Positions 48,857 through 59,673 of a DNA stretch of 64,000 nucleotides are shown in pieces. The notes under the pieces were generated by a model. The model searched no databases, had not been told where the DNA came from, and worked only from the letters and a program-made list of their open reading frames with translations. Both the position numbers and the translations under genes were made by a program. Source of the DNA: a virus. Its lineage: Duplodnaviria; Caudoviricetes. How positions within the stretch are numbered: the stretch's first letter is position 1; each line of letters starts with the position of its first letter. The DNA is taken from the IMG/VR virus record IMGVR_UViG_2775506840_000002, positions 1-64,000 of that record; one strand, written 5' to 3'.

Positions 48857-51811
48857 CTATTTATACAATATACTTGATTTAGTAACCTTTATGTCTGAAT
48901 CACAATAATTTAAATATGTTGCTATTTCTTCTACATTACTTACTTTAGGCCCAAGTATTACTTCTTCTAAATCTATGTCTTTATTAATTTCTATAAATAA
49001 ATGAGGCACCCTCCATGTAGAAATTTTATCTGTTTGCACATTATTACTCCCAAATCTTATAAGTCTTATTTCTTTCTCATATTTATATTGAGCATATTTA
49101 TACAGAAATCTTACTTGATCTAATATATTGCATATTATTTTTCTCATTGTTATATCTCTTACTTTATCTATACCTAAATCATTTAATATAATACAAATTT
49201 CTTCAAAGATTTTTTCATCTATATTCATAAAATCTTCTTCTATATAACTTACTTTGTATAAACAATTTGTTATTTTATTATTTTCTTTTAGCAAAATATC
49301 CTCATCTTCTTTTAAATTCTCTTCTACCCTATGATATGTAAGACTGTGTTTTTCCTCATTATCAAAAAAAGTATTCTTAAATAGTAAACAACACCCTTCT
49401 CCATTCTCACTATACGTTGTCCACATAGGTAAATTATCTTCAGACTCTGAAAAACTTGTTATATACGTTTGACTATAGTTATTTAATATTTTTCTTCCAT
49501 TTTTTGTACTATCTTCATTATACAAAATATCTATAATATCTTTTATAGACTTATACTGATTATTATTTTTACATAGTAATTCTTTATCTATATGACTTAA
49601 TATATTTTTAAAGACTTCGCCCTCCATTGGATCATTCATATAGACCGAATTGTTTAACCTTAATCGTGGCTTACTTTGTTTATCTAAGTCATTTACTCCT
49701 TTATTAGGTTTAATTAAAAAGTTAATCGTATTCATCTTAGTATAATGACAAATTTTTGAGTCTTGATTTACTATTTTAATTCTTGATTTTTTCAGTTCAC
49801 TAACCTTAATAAATAATTTTATAATTTGTATGTATGTATTCTCATCCTTTAATGTGTTCTTTAGATATTCTAAGAAAGATCTATTGTCTTTCTCTAACAT
49901 TAACAAATTTAATTGATCCTTAATATATTCTTTTGAGTCTATTGGAAACAATTTCATTCTCTCAGTGTAGTAGCCCTTATTATAAGGATTTAATTTAATT
50001 GCATTTTCATAATCTGCCAAAGCTTTTTCTAGATTTTCTAGCCTCCTATATACCTCTGCTCTCTCTTTAAATGCAAGGCTATTTTGGGGATCTAGCTCTA
50101 TTGCTCTTGTATAATTTTTTAATGCTTCTTCATTTTCATCCCATAGACCATATATATATCCTCTGCTATAATATGCATTACTGCTATTAGGCTCTAATTC
50201 TACTATTTTATCCGCATCTTCTAATGATTTTAACTTATCATTTAGTTTATTATATAATATTGCTCTATTACTATAGTATATAGACGTATCAGGTTTTAAT
50301 TCAATTGCTTTTGTATAATCTGCTAACGCTTGTTCTAGTCTCTTGGTTATGCTATATAATATTCCTCTACGATTGTAGTACAATGCATTAGTAGGTTTCA
50401 ATTCAATTGCTTTTGTATAATCTGCTATAGCCTTTTCTTCTTCCTTAAGATCTCTATATAGTACTCCTCTACGGTTGTAGTACAGTGGATTATCAGGTTT
50501 CAATTCAATTGCTTTTGTATAATCCTCTACTGCCTTCTCTTGTTCATTAAGTTCTCTATATAGCAGCCCTCTACTACTGTAGTACTGTGAATTATTAGGT
50601 TTCAATTCAATTGCTTTTGTATAATCCTCTACTGCCTTCTCTTGTTCATTAAGTTCTCTATATAGCAGCCCTCTACTACTGTAGTACTGTGGATTATCAG
50701 GTTTCAATTCAATTGCTTTTGTATAATCCTCTACTGCCTTCTCTTGTTCATTGAGTTCTCTATATAGCGCCCCTCTAAACTTATAGTACTGTGCATTACC
50801 AGGTCTCAATTCAATTATTTTTGTATAATCTGCTAATGCCTTCTCTTGTTCATTGAGTTCTTTATATAGGGATCCTCTAAACTTATAGTACAATACATTT
50901 TTAGGCTCTAATTCAATTGATTTTGTATAATCTGCTAATGCCTTCTCTTGTTCATTGAGTTTTCTATATAGCGCCCCTCTAAGTTTATAGTACAATGCTT
51001 TATTAGGATCTAATTCAATTGCTTTTGTATAATCTGCTAATGCCTTTTCTTCTTCTTGTGACTCTCTATATATCATTCCTCTAACCTTATAATACAATGC
51101 ATTAGTCGGATCTAATTCAATTGCCTTTGTATAATCCGCTACTGCCTTCTCTACTTGTGACTCTTTATATATTAATCCTCTATAAGCGTAGTACTGTGCA
51201 TTAGTCGGATCTAATTCAATTGCTTTTGTATAATCTGCTAATGCCTTTTCTTCTTGTGACTCTTTATATATTAATCCTCTATAAGCGTAGTACTGTGCAT
51301 TAGTCGGATCTAATTCAATTGCTTTTGTATAATCTGCTAATGCCTTTTCTTCTTCTTGTGACTCTTTATATATTAATCCTCTATAAGCGTAGTAGTGTGT
51401 ATTAGTCGGATCTAATTCAATTGCTTTTGTATAATCTGCTAATGCCTTTTCTAATTTTTCTTCTTCTTGTGACTCTTTATATAGCATTCCTCTATAAGCG
51501 TAGTACTGTGTATTAGTCGGATCTAATTCAATTGCTTTTGTATAATCTGCTAATGCCTTTTCTAATTTTTCTTCTTGTGACTCTTTATATAGCATTCCTC
51601 TATAAGCGTAGTACTGTGCATTAGTCGGATCTAATTCAATTGCTTTTGTATAATCTACTAACGCCTTTTCTTCTTCTTCCAACTCTCTATATAGTCTAGC
51701 TCTACTATTATATGCGCTGGCATCCTTTCTATCTAACTCTATTTTTCTTGTATAAATTTCTATCTCTCTCTTAATACTATCAGTAGTTTCTTCCTGCATT
51801 TGTGCTTTCAT
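48857..51811 (-). CDS. TPR-array protein with C-terminal DUF2971-like domain
   Basis: About 17 TPRs; HYT, MNDPMEG, LPMWTTY, EKEIR and ILGPK motifs. Confidence 0.85.
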   Translation of the reverse strand: MKAQMQEETTDSIKREIEIYTRKIELDRKDASAYNSRARLYRELEEEEKALVDYTKAIELDPTNAQYYAYRGMLYKESQEEKLEKALADYTKAIELDPTNTQYYAYRGMLYKESQEEEKLEKALADYTKAIELDPTNTHYYAYRGLIYKESQEEEKALADYTKAIELDPTNAQYYAYRGLIYKESQEEKALADYTKAIELDPTNAQYYAYRGLIYKESQVEKAVADYTKAIELDPTNALYYKVRGMIYRESQEEEKALADYTKAIELDPNKALYYKLRGALYRKLNEQEKALADYTKSIELEPKNVLYYKFRGSLYKELNEQEKALADYTKIIELRPGNAQYYKFRGALYRELNEQEKAVEDYTKAIELKPDNPQYYSSRGLLYRELNEQEKAVEDYTKAIELKPNNSQYYSSRGLLYRELNEQEKAVEDYTKAIELKPDNPLYYNRRGVLYRDLKEEEKAIADYTKAIELKPTNALYYNRRGILYSITKRLEQALADYTKAIELKPDTSIYYSNRAILYNKLNDKLKSLEDADKIVELEPNSSNAYYSRGYIYGLWDENEEALKNYTRAIELDPQNSLAFKERAEVYRRLENLEKALADYENAIKLNPYNKGYYTERMKLFPIDSKEYIKDQLNLLMLEKDNRSFLEYLKNTLKDENTYIQIIKLFIKVSELKKSRIKIVNQDSKICHYTKMNTINFLIKPNKGVNDLDKQSKPRLRLNNSVYMNDPMEGEVFKNILSHIDKELLCKNNNQYKSIKDIIDILYNEDSTKNGRKILNNYSQTYITSFSESEDNLPMWTTYSENGEGCCLLFKNTFFDNEEKHSLTYHRVEENLKEDEDILLKENNKITNCLYKVSYIEEDFMNIDEKIFEEICIILNDLGIDKVRDITMRKIICNILDQVRFLYKYAQYKYEKEIRLIRFGSNNVQTDKISTWRVPHLFIEINKDIDLEEVILGPKVSNVEEIATYLNYCDSDIKVTKSSILYK
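50290..51690 (-). repeat. Intragenic tandem repeats of about 102 bp encoding TPRs
   Basis: aattcaattgcttttgtataatc recurs about every 99-111 bp. Confidence 0.9.
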
Positions 51812-51984
51812 CCTAAATCCTCTTTATTATTTTATTATCAATAATATTATATATATAATTACACGATAGTTCAAGATTTAACAATATCTCTTCCAAGTAT
51901 CTATGATTATTTAGATAATATATTTACAACAATCATTGTATACACCTTTATATGTATAAGAATATCTATTGGCTAGTATATTTT

Positions 51985-53217
51985 CTATCTTATGCCATTT
52001 TTTAATTGTTGTATTTTTCTTGCACAGTTAATTATCAATTTAGGTACATTATTAGGTTTTATTTTATCTTTATCTTTCCATACGCTTAATGTATTTACTA
52101 CACCTTCTTGATTTAGTACTTTAAGTGCTTCTTGATATTCATCTTTAGCTTGAACTTTAGTCTCTTCAACTTCTTTCATCATTCTAAGCAAATCATGTCC
52201 ATATGTAGCACTTGGACACCAGTTGCCACCTAATGCTTCTACTGTTGGCGCTTCACCTTTAAGATAACTAAAGTGCCTTGGATCAAGTGTGTTTGACTTA
52301 GGATATCCATTAACACCCGCATAAAGTGCTAGATGATCTATATGTGCCTTAATACCATCTTCCCATGTATCAAAACGTTTGTGTGCTTCTGCAATGGTGC
52401 AATCATCTTTACCTGATGCAGTTTCTTTTAATCCACATGGATTTCTGTAGGTTTCATCTAACACGCCTCCAAACTTACCATAGCCTGTTTCCTTGGTATA
52501 CTGAACAATAGCTACTACTGGATTAATGCCTACTTTAAGACATTCTTTAAAGTAAATAGATAGATTATCAATAAAAATCTGTTTTGGCTTCTTAACAATT
52601 GCCCACTCTTGACACTGTTCTAATGTTGCTGTAGCTGGACCAATAATAGGTGTGCCTCCTACGTTGCTAGTGCCTAACACTTTTAAGATTCCTTCTCCTA
52701 TACCTCTACCCATTAACTTACGTTCTTCAGATGTATCAATAATTTCAACATCCTTTGAATCAATAAAAGCACACTCCACAATAACAGCTGGCATACTTGT
52801 TTGCCTAATCACTCCAAAATAATCATGTCCCGCATCATTTACTTTTGTATATATTTCTTTAGGACGCTTATTTTGGCCAGTAACTTGATTAATTGAGTCA
52901 ACTATCTCTTGTGCCATCTTTAAACTTGTACCACCAGTTACACTATAAATAACTTCTACGCCATCACCCCCTCCTGCATTGGTATGTATAGAGATAAAAA
53001 GAGCTGCTTTATGCTTGTTAGCAAATGCAACTCTTTCATTAATACTTACAGTTTTATCTGTGTCTCTAGTTTGCAATACTTGAATTCCTTTAGACTCTAG
53101 ATACTCTTTGCAAAACTTGCTAATACTAGATACTAAATCTTTTTCTTTTAGTCCGTTAGCACATGCTCCTGGATCAGAACCTCCATGCCCTGGGTCTAAT
53201 ACAACTAATCTACTCAT
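51985..53217 (-). CDS. Endolysin: Amidase_3 plus glucosaminidase-like domain
   Basis: LDPGHGG, SIHTN and VECAFID; ETGYG..NPCGLK. Confidence 0.9.
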   Translation of the reverse strand: MSRLVVLDPGHGGSDPGACANGLKEKDLVSSISKFCKEYLESKGIQVLQTRDTDKTVSINERVAFANKHKAALFISIHTNAGGGDGVEVIYSVTGGTSLKMAQEIVDSINQVTGQNKRPKEIYTKVNDAGHDYFGVIRQTSMPAVIVECAFIDSKDVEIIDTSEERKLMGRGIGEGILKVLGTSNVGGTPIIGPATATLEQCQEWAIVKKPKQIFIDNLSIYFKECLKVGINPVVAIVQYTKETGYGKFGGVLDETYRNPCGLKETASGKDDCTIAEAHKRFDTWEDGIKAHIDHLALYAGVNGYPKSNTLDPRHFSYLKGEAPTVEALGGNWCPSATYGHDLLRMMKEVEETKVQAKDEYQEALKVLNQEGVVNTLSVWKDKDKIKPNNVPKLIINCARKIQQLKNGIR

Positions 53218-53686
53218 CCATCTTACCTCCTATAATAGTTTCTCCCATTGAATCCACTTTGTCTTTTGCCACATTTAGTGCTTTCGTTATAAAAGGTGGC
53301 AAATCCATACCAGCATGTTGTAAATTCTCTAAGTTACTTATAAACTCTCTTACAAATATCCATGCTAGAGTTAATGCTGTAAATATAATTTTTGTGGCTA
53401 CAACTATTCCTAATGTATTGGCTATCTGAATTAGTCCATAATCAAGCAGTAATGATAGTACGATAAGCATTCCCATACCTATCTTTCTATAGATACCCTT
53501 GATTACAAGCTTACTCTCTACCTTTTCATCCTCTCTAGCACCTGCTGCATAAGCACGTGTGAACAGATCAGCAACCATTAATAAAATTACTCCATATAAT
53601 AGAGGTGTAAAAATCCCAAAATAATTTGCGATGCATAAATTAATTGTTGTAAATATAGCAATTACTACTGATTTGATATCTTCCAT
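53210..53686 (-). CDS. Holin (phage holin 4 family)
   Basis: KGIYRKI and EFISNLENL..G..LP motifs. Confidence 0.88.
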   Translation of the reverse strand: MEDIKSVVIAIFTTINLCIANYFGIFTPLLYGVILLMVADLFTRAYAAGAREDEKVESKLVIKGIYRKIGMGMLIVLSLLLDYGLIQIANTLGIVVATKIIFTALTLAWIFVREFISNLENLQHAGMDLPPFITKALNVAKDKVDSMGETIIGGKMDE

Positions 53687-53788
53687 ATTTCCTCCTTAGT
53701 ACAATACTCTATTTTTAAAAAAGGCATAAAAAATAATGCTATCTCTAGTGCCTTTTCTATGCCTTATTTACTTTCTAAAATCATTCTT

Positions 53789-54010
53789 TTATTTACTTAT
53801 TGCTGATACTTCTTCCAAAGTTAGTGAAAATTGCTGCTGTGTATATCCAAGCGTTTCTGCTGCTTCATCTGCATCAATCCATCCCATAGCTAAAAATAAA
53901 GCTGTTAGTTCTTGCATACCTTGTAAATTTTGTGTGCCTTGATCTGTTGCTGCTACTGCAATTCTTACAAAAATATTTTTTTCCACCATTCCGTTTAATT
54001 TCTCACTCAT
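53789..54010 (-). CDS. Hypothetical phage protein
   Basis: Coupled to upstream gene; XkdX-like position. Confidence 0.55.
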   Translation of the reverse strand: MSEKLNGMVEKNIFVRIAVAATDQGTQNLQGMQELTALFLAMGWIDADEAAETLGYTQQQFSLTLEEVSAISK

Positions 54011-54351
54011 TATTTCATTCCTCCGTTTAATAAAGTATTTTTTGCTGTTTGTGTTGCTAACATTCCTATTGCTTCTTCAATTTGTGTTAATCTTACTTCT
54101 GTCTTATCAGGTGCTATATTTGTTTTATTAGCTTCTTTCCATGTTTGAATTTCTTCAGGCGTTGCACCTTCTTCCCATGATCCATCAACTAGTTTAGGCT
54201 TAACATATCCAACTGTTAATGGCACTGTTGTATATGGCACGTTTACTGGCAATGGCAATTCATTTCCGTGATTATCAAATTGTCTTTCAACTAATCTTGA
54301 TTCATCTTCATAAAATCCATTTGCATCTATTATCCATATTTGTTGCATCAT
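54010..54351 (-). CDS. Tail-fibre chaperone-like protein
   Basis: IDANGFY..KPK....W.EGATPEEI. Confidence 0.6.
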   Translation of the reverse strand: MMQQIWIIDANGFYEDESRLVERQFDNHGNELPLPVNVPYTTVPLTVGYVKPKLVDGSWEEGATPEEIQTWKEANKTNIAPDKTEVRLTQIEEAIGMLATQTAKNTLLNGGMK

Positions 54352-55316
54352 AGAATCACCCTCATATAAATATTTTTCACATTATTATTTGTTGTACATA
54401 TTTCTATTTGTCCATTGCTTCTTATAAAACCATGCACATTTGATGTTGCATCACCTCCAACATCTACACCAGTACATGTCATTGCTAATATGGGATGTTT
54501 TGGTACTATTGTAGATATAGCAACAATAGTATTTTTGCCTGTTGCAAATGTTGAACCATCTGTTTTTGATACTCTAAAACTAATATAGGCCGCTGTATTT
54601 GTTGTATAACAATCCTGAAAATCAACTGTTATACCCGTATTAGGTGTTACATTGAATTGTGTCTTTGAAGTTGCTGCAAGCTCTTTCCACCCACTAAAAC
54701 TATTATTCCAACAATCACCAACATAAATTTTATTACTTGGATTATAGCTACTTAGAGTTGCTTTCCAGTCTGCACCTACAGGGGATCTTTCAAAAGTAGC
54801 AATATAAAACTTATTTGCTTCAGGTTGTCCAGTACAATTTTGATGTATATAATAAATACCTGGTAAAGTTGCATGATTTTTAAAGAAATCTATAACATTT
54901 TGATTCTCTATATTAAATCTTTTTGTCATTGTAAAATCTGTTGTTGCAATTTCTTTCCATGCTGTCCATTGCCCGTCTTTTAAAACTCTCTCTTTTACTT
55001 GGCCTATATTGCCGCCATAAACACATTTTGCTCTATGAAAAACAATGCCACTTTGTATAGGATTAACCTCTAAATACCAAACCCCTCCACCAGGTGAATT
55101 TGTACCCCCTCCAATACGATAACGTTGAAAATCAATCAATGTATTATAGTCTGGATTATCTAACCATTTAGCAAATTGAATTCCTATTTTATCAAATAAA
55201 CCATTGATTTGTTCTTCTACTGTTTTACCATCCGGGCCGAATACAACGTCACTCGATGTATGAGGATATAATTCATCCCCATTATCTGCTTGAAATGCTC
55301 CCTTTAATCTTGCCAT
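54348..55316 (-). CDS. Distal tail fibre / receptor-binding protein with knob-like repeats
   Basis: YPHTSSDVVF N-terminus; WTAWKEIAT and FSGWKELAA repeats. Confidence 0.75.
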   Translation of the reverse strand: MARLKGAFQADNGDELYPHTSSDVVFGPDGKTVEEQINGLFDKIGIQFAKWLDNPDYNTLIDFQRYRIGGGTNSPGGGVWYLEVNPIQSGIVFHRAKCVYGGNIGQVKERVLKDGQWTAWKEIATTDFTMTKRFNIENQNVIDFFKNHATLPGIYYIHQNCTGQPEANKFYIATFERSPVGADWKATLSSYNPSNKIYVGDCWNNSFSGWKELAATSKTQFNVTPNTGITVDFQDCYTTNTAAYISFRVSKTDGSTFATGKNTIVAISTIVPKHPILAMTCTGVDVGGDATSNVHGFIRSNGQIEICTTNNNVKNIYMRVIL

Positions 55317-55327
55317 CCTTTCGCCTC

Positions 55328-55918
55328 CTATCCCATTACCTTAAAGAATATTTTTCTAGATACTGCATTTGTTGTACTCGTTCCTACTTTTATTGAATCT
55401 CCTGGATCTCCTTTTTCGCCTTTAGCACCTGTTGCCCCTGGGTCTCCTTTTGGTCCTTGTGCGCCTGTTGCCCCCGGATCTCCTTTTGGTCCTTGTGCGC
55501 CCTGTGCTCCAGTTGTTCCTCTAAAGTTTCCTCTTTTAGTCCAAGTTGTAGATGCTGTTTTTTCAAATACATCTCCATTAGATGTATTCAGTGCCCAATC
55601 TCCTACTACACCTAATGATGTAGCTGGTGTACCAGTAACATTATGCATTTTAGATCCTGTAACTCCAGCTGGACCTTGTGCTCCTGTTTCTCCTCTTGGA
55701 CCTTGTGGGCCTGCTGCACCTGTAGGGCCTTGTGGACCTATTGCTCCCGTTGTCCCCTTAGGACCCGTTAATTTACCTGCATTTAACTTTTGCTGAAAAG
55801 TTTCTCCATCTGAAAAAGTTACACAATCTGCTGACGTTAATACATCTACTCCTTCAATAACTTCGCCAGTACTTTCATCTATCAATTGTACCCTTACTTT
55901 TTTTAATACTTCTGCCAT
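55328..55918 (-). CDS. Collagen-like tail fibre connector
   Basis: Gly-X-Y repeats; close homologue of 5532..6128. Confidence 0.85.
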   Translation of the reverse strand: MAEVLKKVRVQLIDESTGEVIEGVDVLTSADCVTFSDGETFQQKLNAGKLTGPKGTTGAIGPQGPTGAAGPQGPRGETGAQGPAGVTGSKMHNVTGTPATSLGVVGDWALNTSNGDVFEKTASTTWTKRGNFRGTTGAQGAQGPKGDPGATGAQGPKGDPGATGAKGEKGDPGDSIKVGTSTTNAVSRKIFFKVMG

Positions 55919-55932
55919 TTAAAGTTCACTCC

Positions 55933-56226
55933 TTATTCTTTTATTTCAATCCCCATATTAGGGCTTACTTTTATAATGCCATTACTACTTCCACCACTCT
56001 GCCTACTTGTAACTTTAAAATACATCTTCCCCTTTACTCTATCCTGAACAGGAATATCCGAACCTTCTGGTATAACATATGGACTAGATAAATTCTTGAT
56101 TTGGTTAGCTTGATTATGAAGTGTATCATCTGCTTTTTTCATATTTCTATTATGCACTTCTATATCATAGAAATCATCTTCTAGTGGTGTCTCAAAATCA
56201 TAATACTGTGTACGTTCTATACTCAT
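55933..56226 (-). CDS. Proximal tail fibre adaptor
   Basis: DFYDIEVHNRNMKKAD N-terminus; C-terminal ~55 aa nearly identical to 6132..6812. Confidence 0.75.
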   Translation of the reverse strand: MSIERTQYYDFETPLEDDFYDIEVHNRNMKKADDTLHNQANQIKNLSSPYVIPEGSDIPVQDRVKGKMYFKVTSRQSGGSSNGIIKVSPNMGIEIKE

Positions 56227-56756
56227 TTAAGCACCTCCTCTCTCATTTCCCTATGTCTCATTTCTTTAAGCTGCCTATGTGTATATCGTTTTAACTTCTT
56301 ATGCTGATTGTATCTAAGTTCTACAGTAATGAGTAAATTGGCCGGAGCCATTTTCCTTAATAGATTCCTAGCTTCATCTTCCATCCTTTTTACTGTGAGC
56401 TCTACTCTAACAAACATCGTATACTCATTAGAGTTAAGTTGTACACTAAACCCATCCTCACCACAAAGTTGTGTTAGACGTTCTATCATACTTCTATATG
56501 TATAAGGTAATCCGTCTCCCCACTTACTAAGCACTCTAAATCGTCTACTTTCTAGCGTATCATCTGCAAATGGTATAAGGTTAAGTATCTTTTCCCTACG
56601 TGCAATCCCTTCTTCTGTAGCTGTTTGTATAAACTGGTCATTAATAATATTACTCAGTTCATCATTTACCTTTTTTATTTCTCCATCTTCAACGACACCT
56701 ATTGATTCAAATTCTTTTATATTTTGTATAGCTTCAATCCAATAGTCTTTTATCAT
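56223..56756 (-). CDS. Baseplate protein XkdU/YmfQ-like
   Basis: FIQTATEEGI..REKIL..DTLESRR..PANL. Confidence 0.8.
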   Translation of the reverse strand: MIKDYWIEAIQNIKEFESIGVVEDGEIKKVNDELSNIINDQFIQTATEEGIARREKILNLIPFADDTLESRRFRVLSKWGDGLPYTYRSMIERLTQLCGEDGFSVQLNSNEYTMFVRVELTVKRMEDEARNLLRKMAPANLLITVELRYNQHKKLKRYTHRQLKEMRHREMREEVLK

Positions 56757-57811
56757 ACTTTTGTCACCGTCCCCAACTTTGGTATACTGTTAGGTTGTAA
56801 GATTAGGTTATTTAATGAACTGTTTATCTTAGTAAACTGAACATCTAATACACCAGTAACCTGAAGGATACGTGTTTCTATATGCGCGATTCTTACTACT
56901 ATGTTTTCTGCATTCTCCCATGTACTAGATAACTGAGTTAGATATTCATCTATAGCCTTATCTATATACGGCTTTACATCTTCCCAAGTATGGATATCTA
57001 GAAGAGTAATATTACTTTCAACATTTACAACCATTTCATCTACTGCCTGAACAGTTACAACATGCCCTATAGGTGCTATCCCTACCCCTTTGCCTTGATT
57101 TTGTGTAGGATCTATCAGTGTTTGCACCTGGTTAATTAATTCATTGTTAGGCTTCTTGTATTCTGAGTTAATAACTACTAACTTAACAGTTCCACCACCA
57201 TTCCAAGTAGGGTAAACCTTTGTGCCACCTATGCCTTTAACCTGATTTGTTCTTTGCTTGTAATCAGCAATATTTCCACCAAACGCTTCATTCTCTATGC
57301 TGCTAAAATATCTCTTACGTAATGCTTCATCATCTTCTATATCTTCTCCTGGTATGATTATGTCTAATAGCATCGCACTTGTTAATCCATCTATATTGTC
57401 TAGTGGAATCAACGATCCTGAATAGATGTTTCCAACTTTTCCAAGCTGCTCACATTTTAATTCATATTCAAAGCCTACTATTTGTTTAATTACTTGATAC
57501 GTAGTATCTTCAAAAGCAAATCTGCTACCTATAGGAATTTCTATATTGAATTTCCCTTTTCTAATAGCATTTGTTGCCTGTTCCCTGTACACACCACGTT
57601 CACTACACCTTTTTGTAAGGAAATCACCTGTACTAGTATCTGCATAGGTTAACTCAAGAACATTTTTAAGTTCCATATACACTTGAACTAGCTCAAAACA
57701 GGCAGGTGCTATTGCATCATAAATCAATGTGCCTTCACCTTTGTAAATTTCATCAGGTACTTTACTCAAACATCTATTAAGCAATTCTTCATACGTTGGT
57801 ACGTTTATCAT
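56753..57811 (-). CDS. Baseplate J (XkdT-like)
   Basis: EGTLIYDAIAP, GGNIADY, WNGGGTVK and APIGH motifs. Confidence 0.9.
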   Translation of the reverse strand: MINVPTYEELLNRCLSKVPDEIYKGEGTLIYDAIAPACFELVQVYMELKNVLELTYADTSTGDFLTKRCSERGVYREQATNAIRKGKFNIEIPIGSRFAFEDTTYQVIKQIVGFEYELKCEQLGKVGNIYSGSLIPLDNIDGLTSAMLLDIIIPGEDIEDDEALRKRYFSSIENEAFGGNIADYKQRTNQVKGIGGTKVYPTWNGGGTVKLVVINSEYKKPNNELINQVQTLIDPTQNQGKGVGIAPIGHVVTVQAVDEMVVNVESNITLLDIHTWEDVKPYIDKAIDEYLTQLSSTWENAENIVVRIAHIETRILQVTGVLDVQFTKINSSLNNLILQPNSIPKLGTVTKV

Positions 57812-58211
57812 GTATATGCACCTCCCCAAACTCTGTAACAACTGTAAAATCACATGTTAGTAATGTCTTTTCAAATGTTACATGAAAATTATTAATTTCT
57901 TTGATGTACTCATTAACTAACAAGGCTTCTTTGATATATCGTTCTACTTCACTTTCGATAAACTCTCTATCAAAATTCTTGCTAATTAATTCCTCTAGCT
58001 CTACGCCATGATCCCAAGTATAAATAAGATATTTATATCTTTCTGTCATGAGCGCTTTATAAATCCACACTTTAATTGCTTCTTTACCTTTTACTGTTCT
58101 GCCTGTTAACTTGCCTGTTTCAAAGTCAATGCCGTATTCAATAGGTATTCTCTTTTCATCTAAAATTGCCTCTTGCGGTTCCTGTTGATTTATGAAAGGG
58201 AATAAACTCAT
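57789..58211 (-). CDS. XkdS-like (DUF2634) baseplate protein
   Basis: EAIKVWIYKAL.TERY..IY.WD.G. Confidence 0.85.
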   Translation of the reverse strand: MSLFPFINQQEPQEAILDEKRIPIEYGIDFETGKLTGRTVKGKEAIKVWIYKALMTERYKYLIYTWDHGVELEELISKNFDREFIESEVERYIKEALLVNEYIKEINNFHVTFEKTLLTCDFTVVTEFGEVHIHDKRTNV

Positions 58212-58702
58212 ACCAAGCTCACCACCTTGCATAACACGATATAAAGCTGCTCACCATCCATAGGCATTAGTGCTAGTGAGTCACCTTTTTTCAAATAACC
58301 TTTATACTCTACTTCTGATTCTCCATCTAATGTATATTGTCCACTTGATTCACATGCACCAGATAAAGTTGCTTCATTATTGATAGCATGATCATGACTA
58401 GCAAAAGAATCATCGCCAGATCCACCGGATGTATTTTGCGTACTGGATGACAAAGTACCACTCATACTGGACTCACCACTATTTACAAGAGTACCTTTTG
58501 AAGATACTTTAAGGCTTCTTTTGTAACCTTCAACTAGGAAGTCATCTATAAGAAAATCATCAGGATCTAATATCAATTCATCAACTTTTATTTTTAAAGG
58601 GGACTCTGAGATAACTTCGCCCAAACAAATAGAAGGTGGATTTGATTTCGCACCTTCTGTCTGCATCATTGAGATTATCCCTGAGTATGGATCATCATTC
58701 AT
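58208..58702 (-). CDS. XkdR-like (DUF2577) protein
   Basis: LGEVISESPLKI..LKKGD motif with internal insertion. Confidence 0.75.
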   Translation of the reverse strand: MNDDPYSGIISMMQTEGAKSNPPSICLGEVISESPLKIKVDELILDPDDFLIDDFLVEGYKRSLKVSSKGTLVNSGESSMSGTLSSSTQNTSGGSGDDSFASHDHAINNEATLSGACESSGQYTLDGESEVEYKGYLKKGDSLALMPMDGEQLYIVLCKVVSLV

Positions 58703-58713
58703 ATACCCACCTC

Positions 58714-59673
58714 CTATTTTTCATCCATAATATTTTTAAAGTTTAAATTCAGCTTCATAATATGTTGTCCATTGGACCATGTGTGTGTATCGCTATCAAT
58801 ATAGAATACGCCTGTTAGCCCACTTGCACTATCTTTAAGTTGAATACCATTCCCTGTAACACAATCAACATAGCCTAGTGCTGTGACATTAACAGTTTTT
58901 TGAACATCTACGAGCATTGATTGTGCAACAGTTTTGGCTTGCTTATCTTTTTCTTTCGTATAAATATTTTGCAGTAATCCATACTTTTTAATCCACTCAG
59001 CATTTTCAACCATTCCAATATCGTTACCTTTGCCATCATAAATGCGTACCCTATTCACCATGTTCTCAATACTTTCAGTATAGCCACTGTCAATGATATT
59101 ACTTTCGTCCGATAGCATGAATGTACTCATAACAGCACCAATTTCTATAACGTCTAGTTTGCCATCTCTCATTTTGGCCATATACTTTTTATTATTCTGC
59201 TTACTTGCTCCTGTATAGGCACTCATAAAAATATCATAAAGATATTTGTTATTTGCTTTTATATCTTGCTTAATTCCAGTCTTAACAATATTTCCTATAG
59301 GTATTAAGAAGTCATTACATATGGTTCTCGTAATTTCTTCTGCAGTTTTCTTTTTGAAGTTATATACGCCTCTGTTTTTAATTGCATAGATTAAATGATC
59401 ATACGCAGTCACATTAACTGTACTTGCTTGACCAGCTCTAGTATTTAAAAAAACAAACCCTTTAAATAATAGTTTCCCATCATCATTAAAGAGTTTTAAT
59501 ATACTGCCATTCTTAATATAAAGATCTGGTATGTTCTTATCTAATACACTATTAATTAAATCTATATCTAATCTTCTAGCGACTTGATTCTTGCTTCCTG
59601 TCCAAGTTATTTTACCTATGTAATGTGTAATATCACTGTATAAATCCTCTTGATGTAAATATACTTTAGGCAT
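58714..59673 (-). CDS. XkdQ-like baseplate hub protein
   Basis: WTGS..QVARRL and FYIDSDTHTW motifs. Confidence 0.85.
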   Translation of the reverse strand: MPKVYLHQEDLYSDITHYIGKITWTGSKNQVARRLDIDLINSVLDKNIPDLYIKNGSILKLFNDDGKLLFKGFVFLNTRAGQASTVNVTAYDHLIYAIKNRGVYNFKKKTAEEITRTICNDFLIPIGNIVKTGIKQDIKANNKYLYDIFMSAYTGASKQNNKKYMAKMRDGKLDVIEIGAVMSTFMLSDESNIIDSGYTESIENMVNRVRIYDGKGNDIGMVENAEWIKKYGLLQNIYTKEKDKQAKTVAQSMLVDVQKTVNVTALGYVDCVTGNGIQLKDSASGLTGVFYIDSDTHTWSNGQHIMKLNLNFKNIMDEK

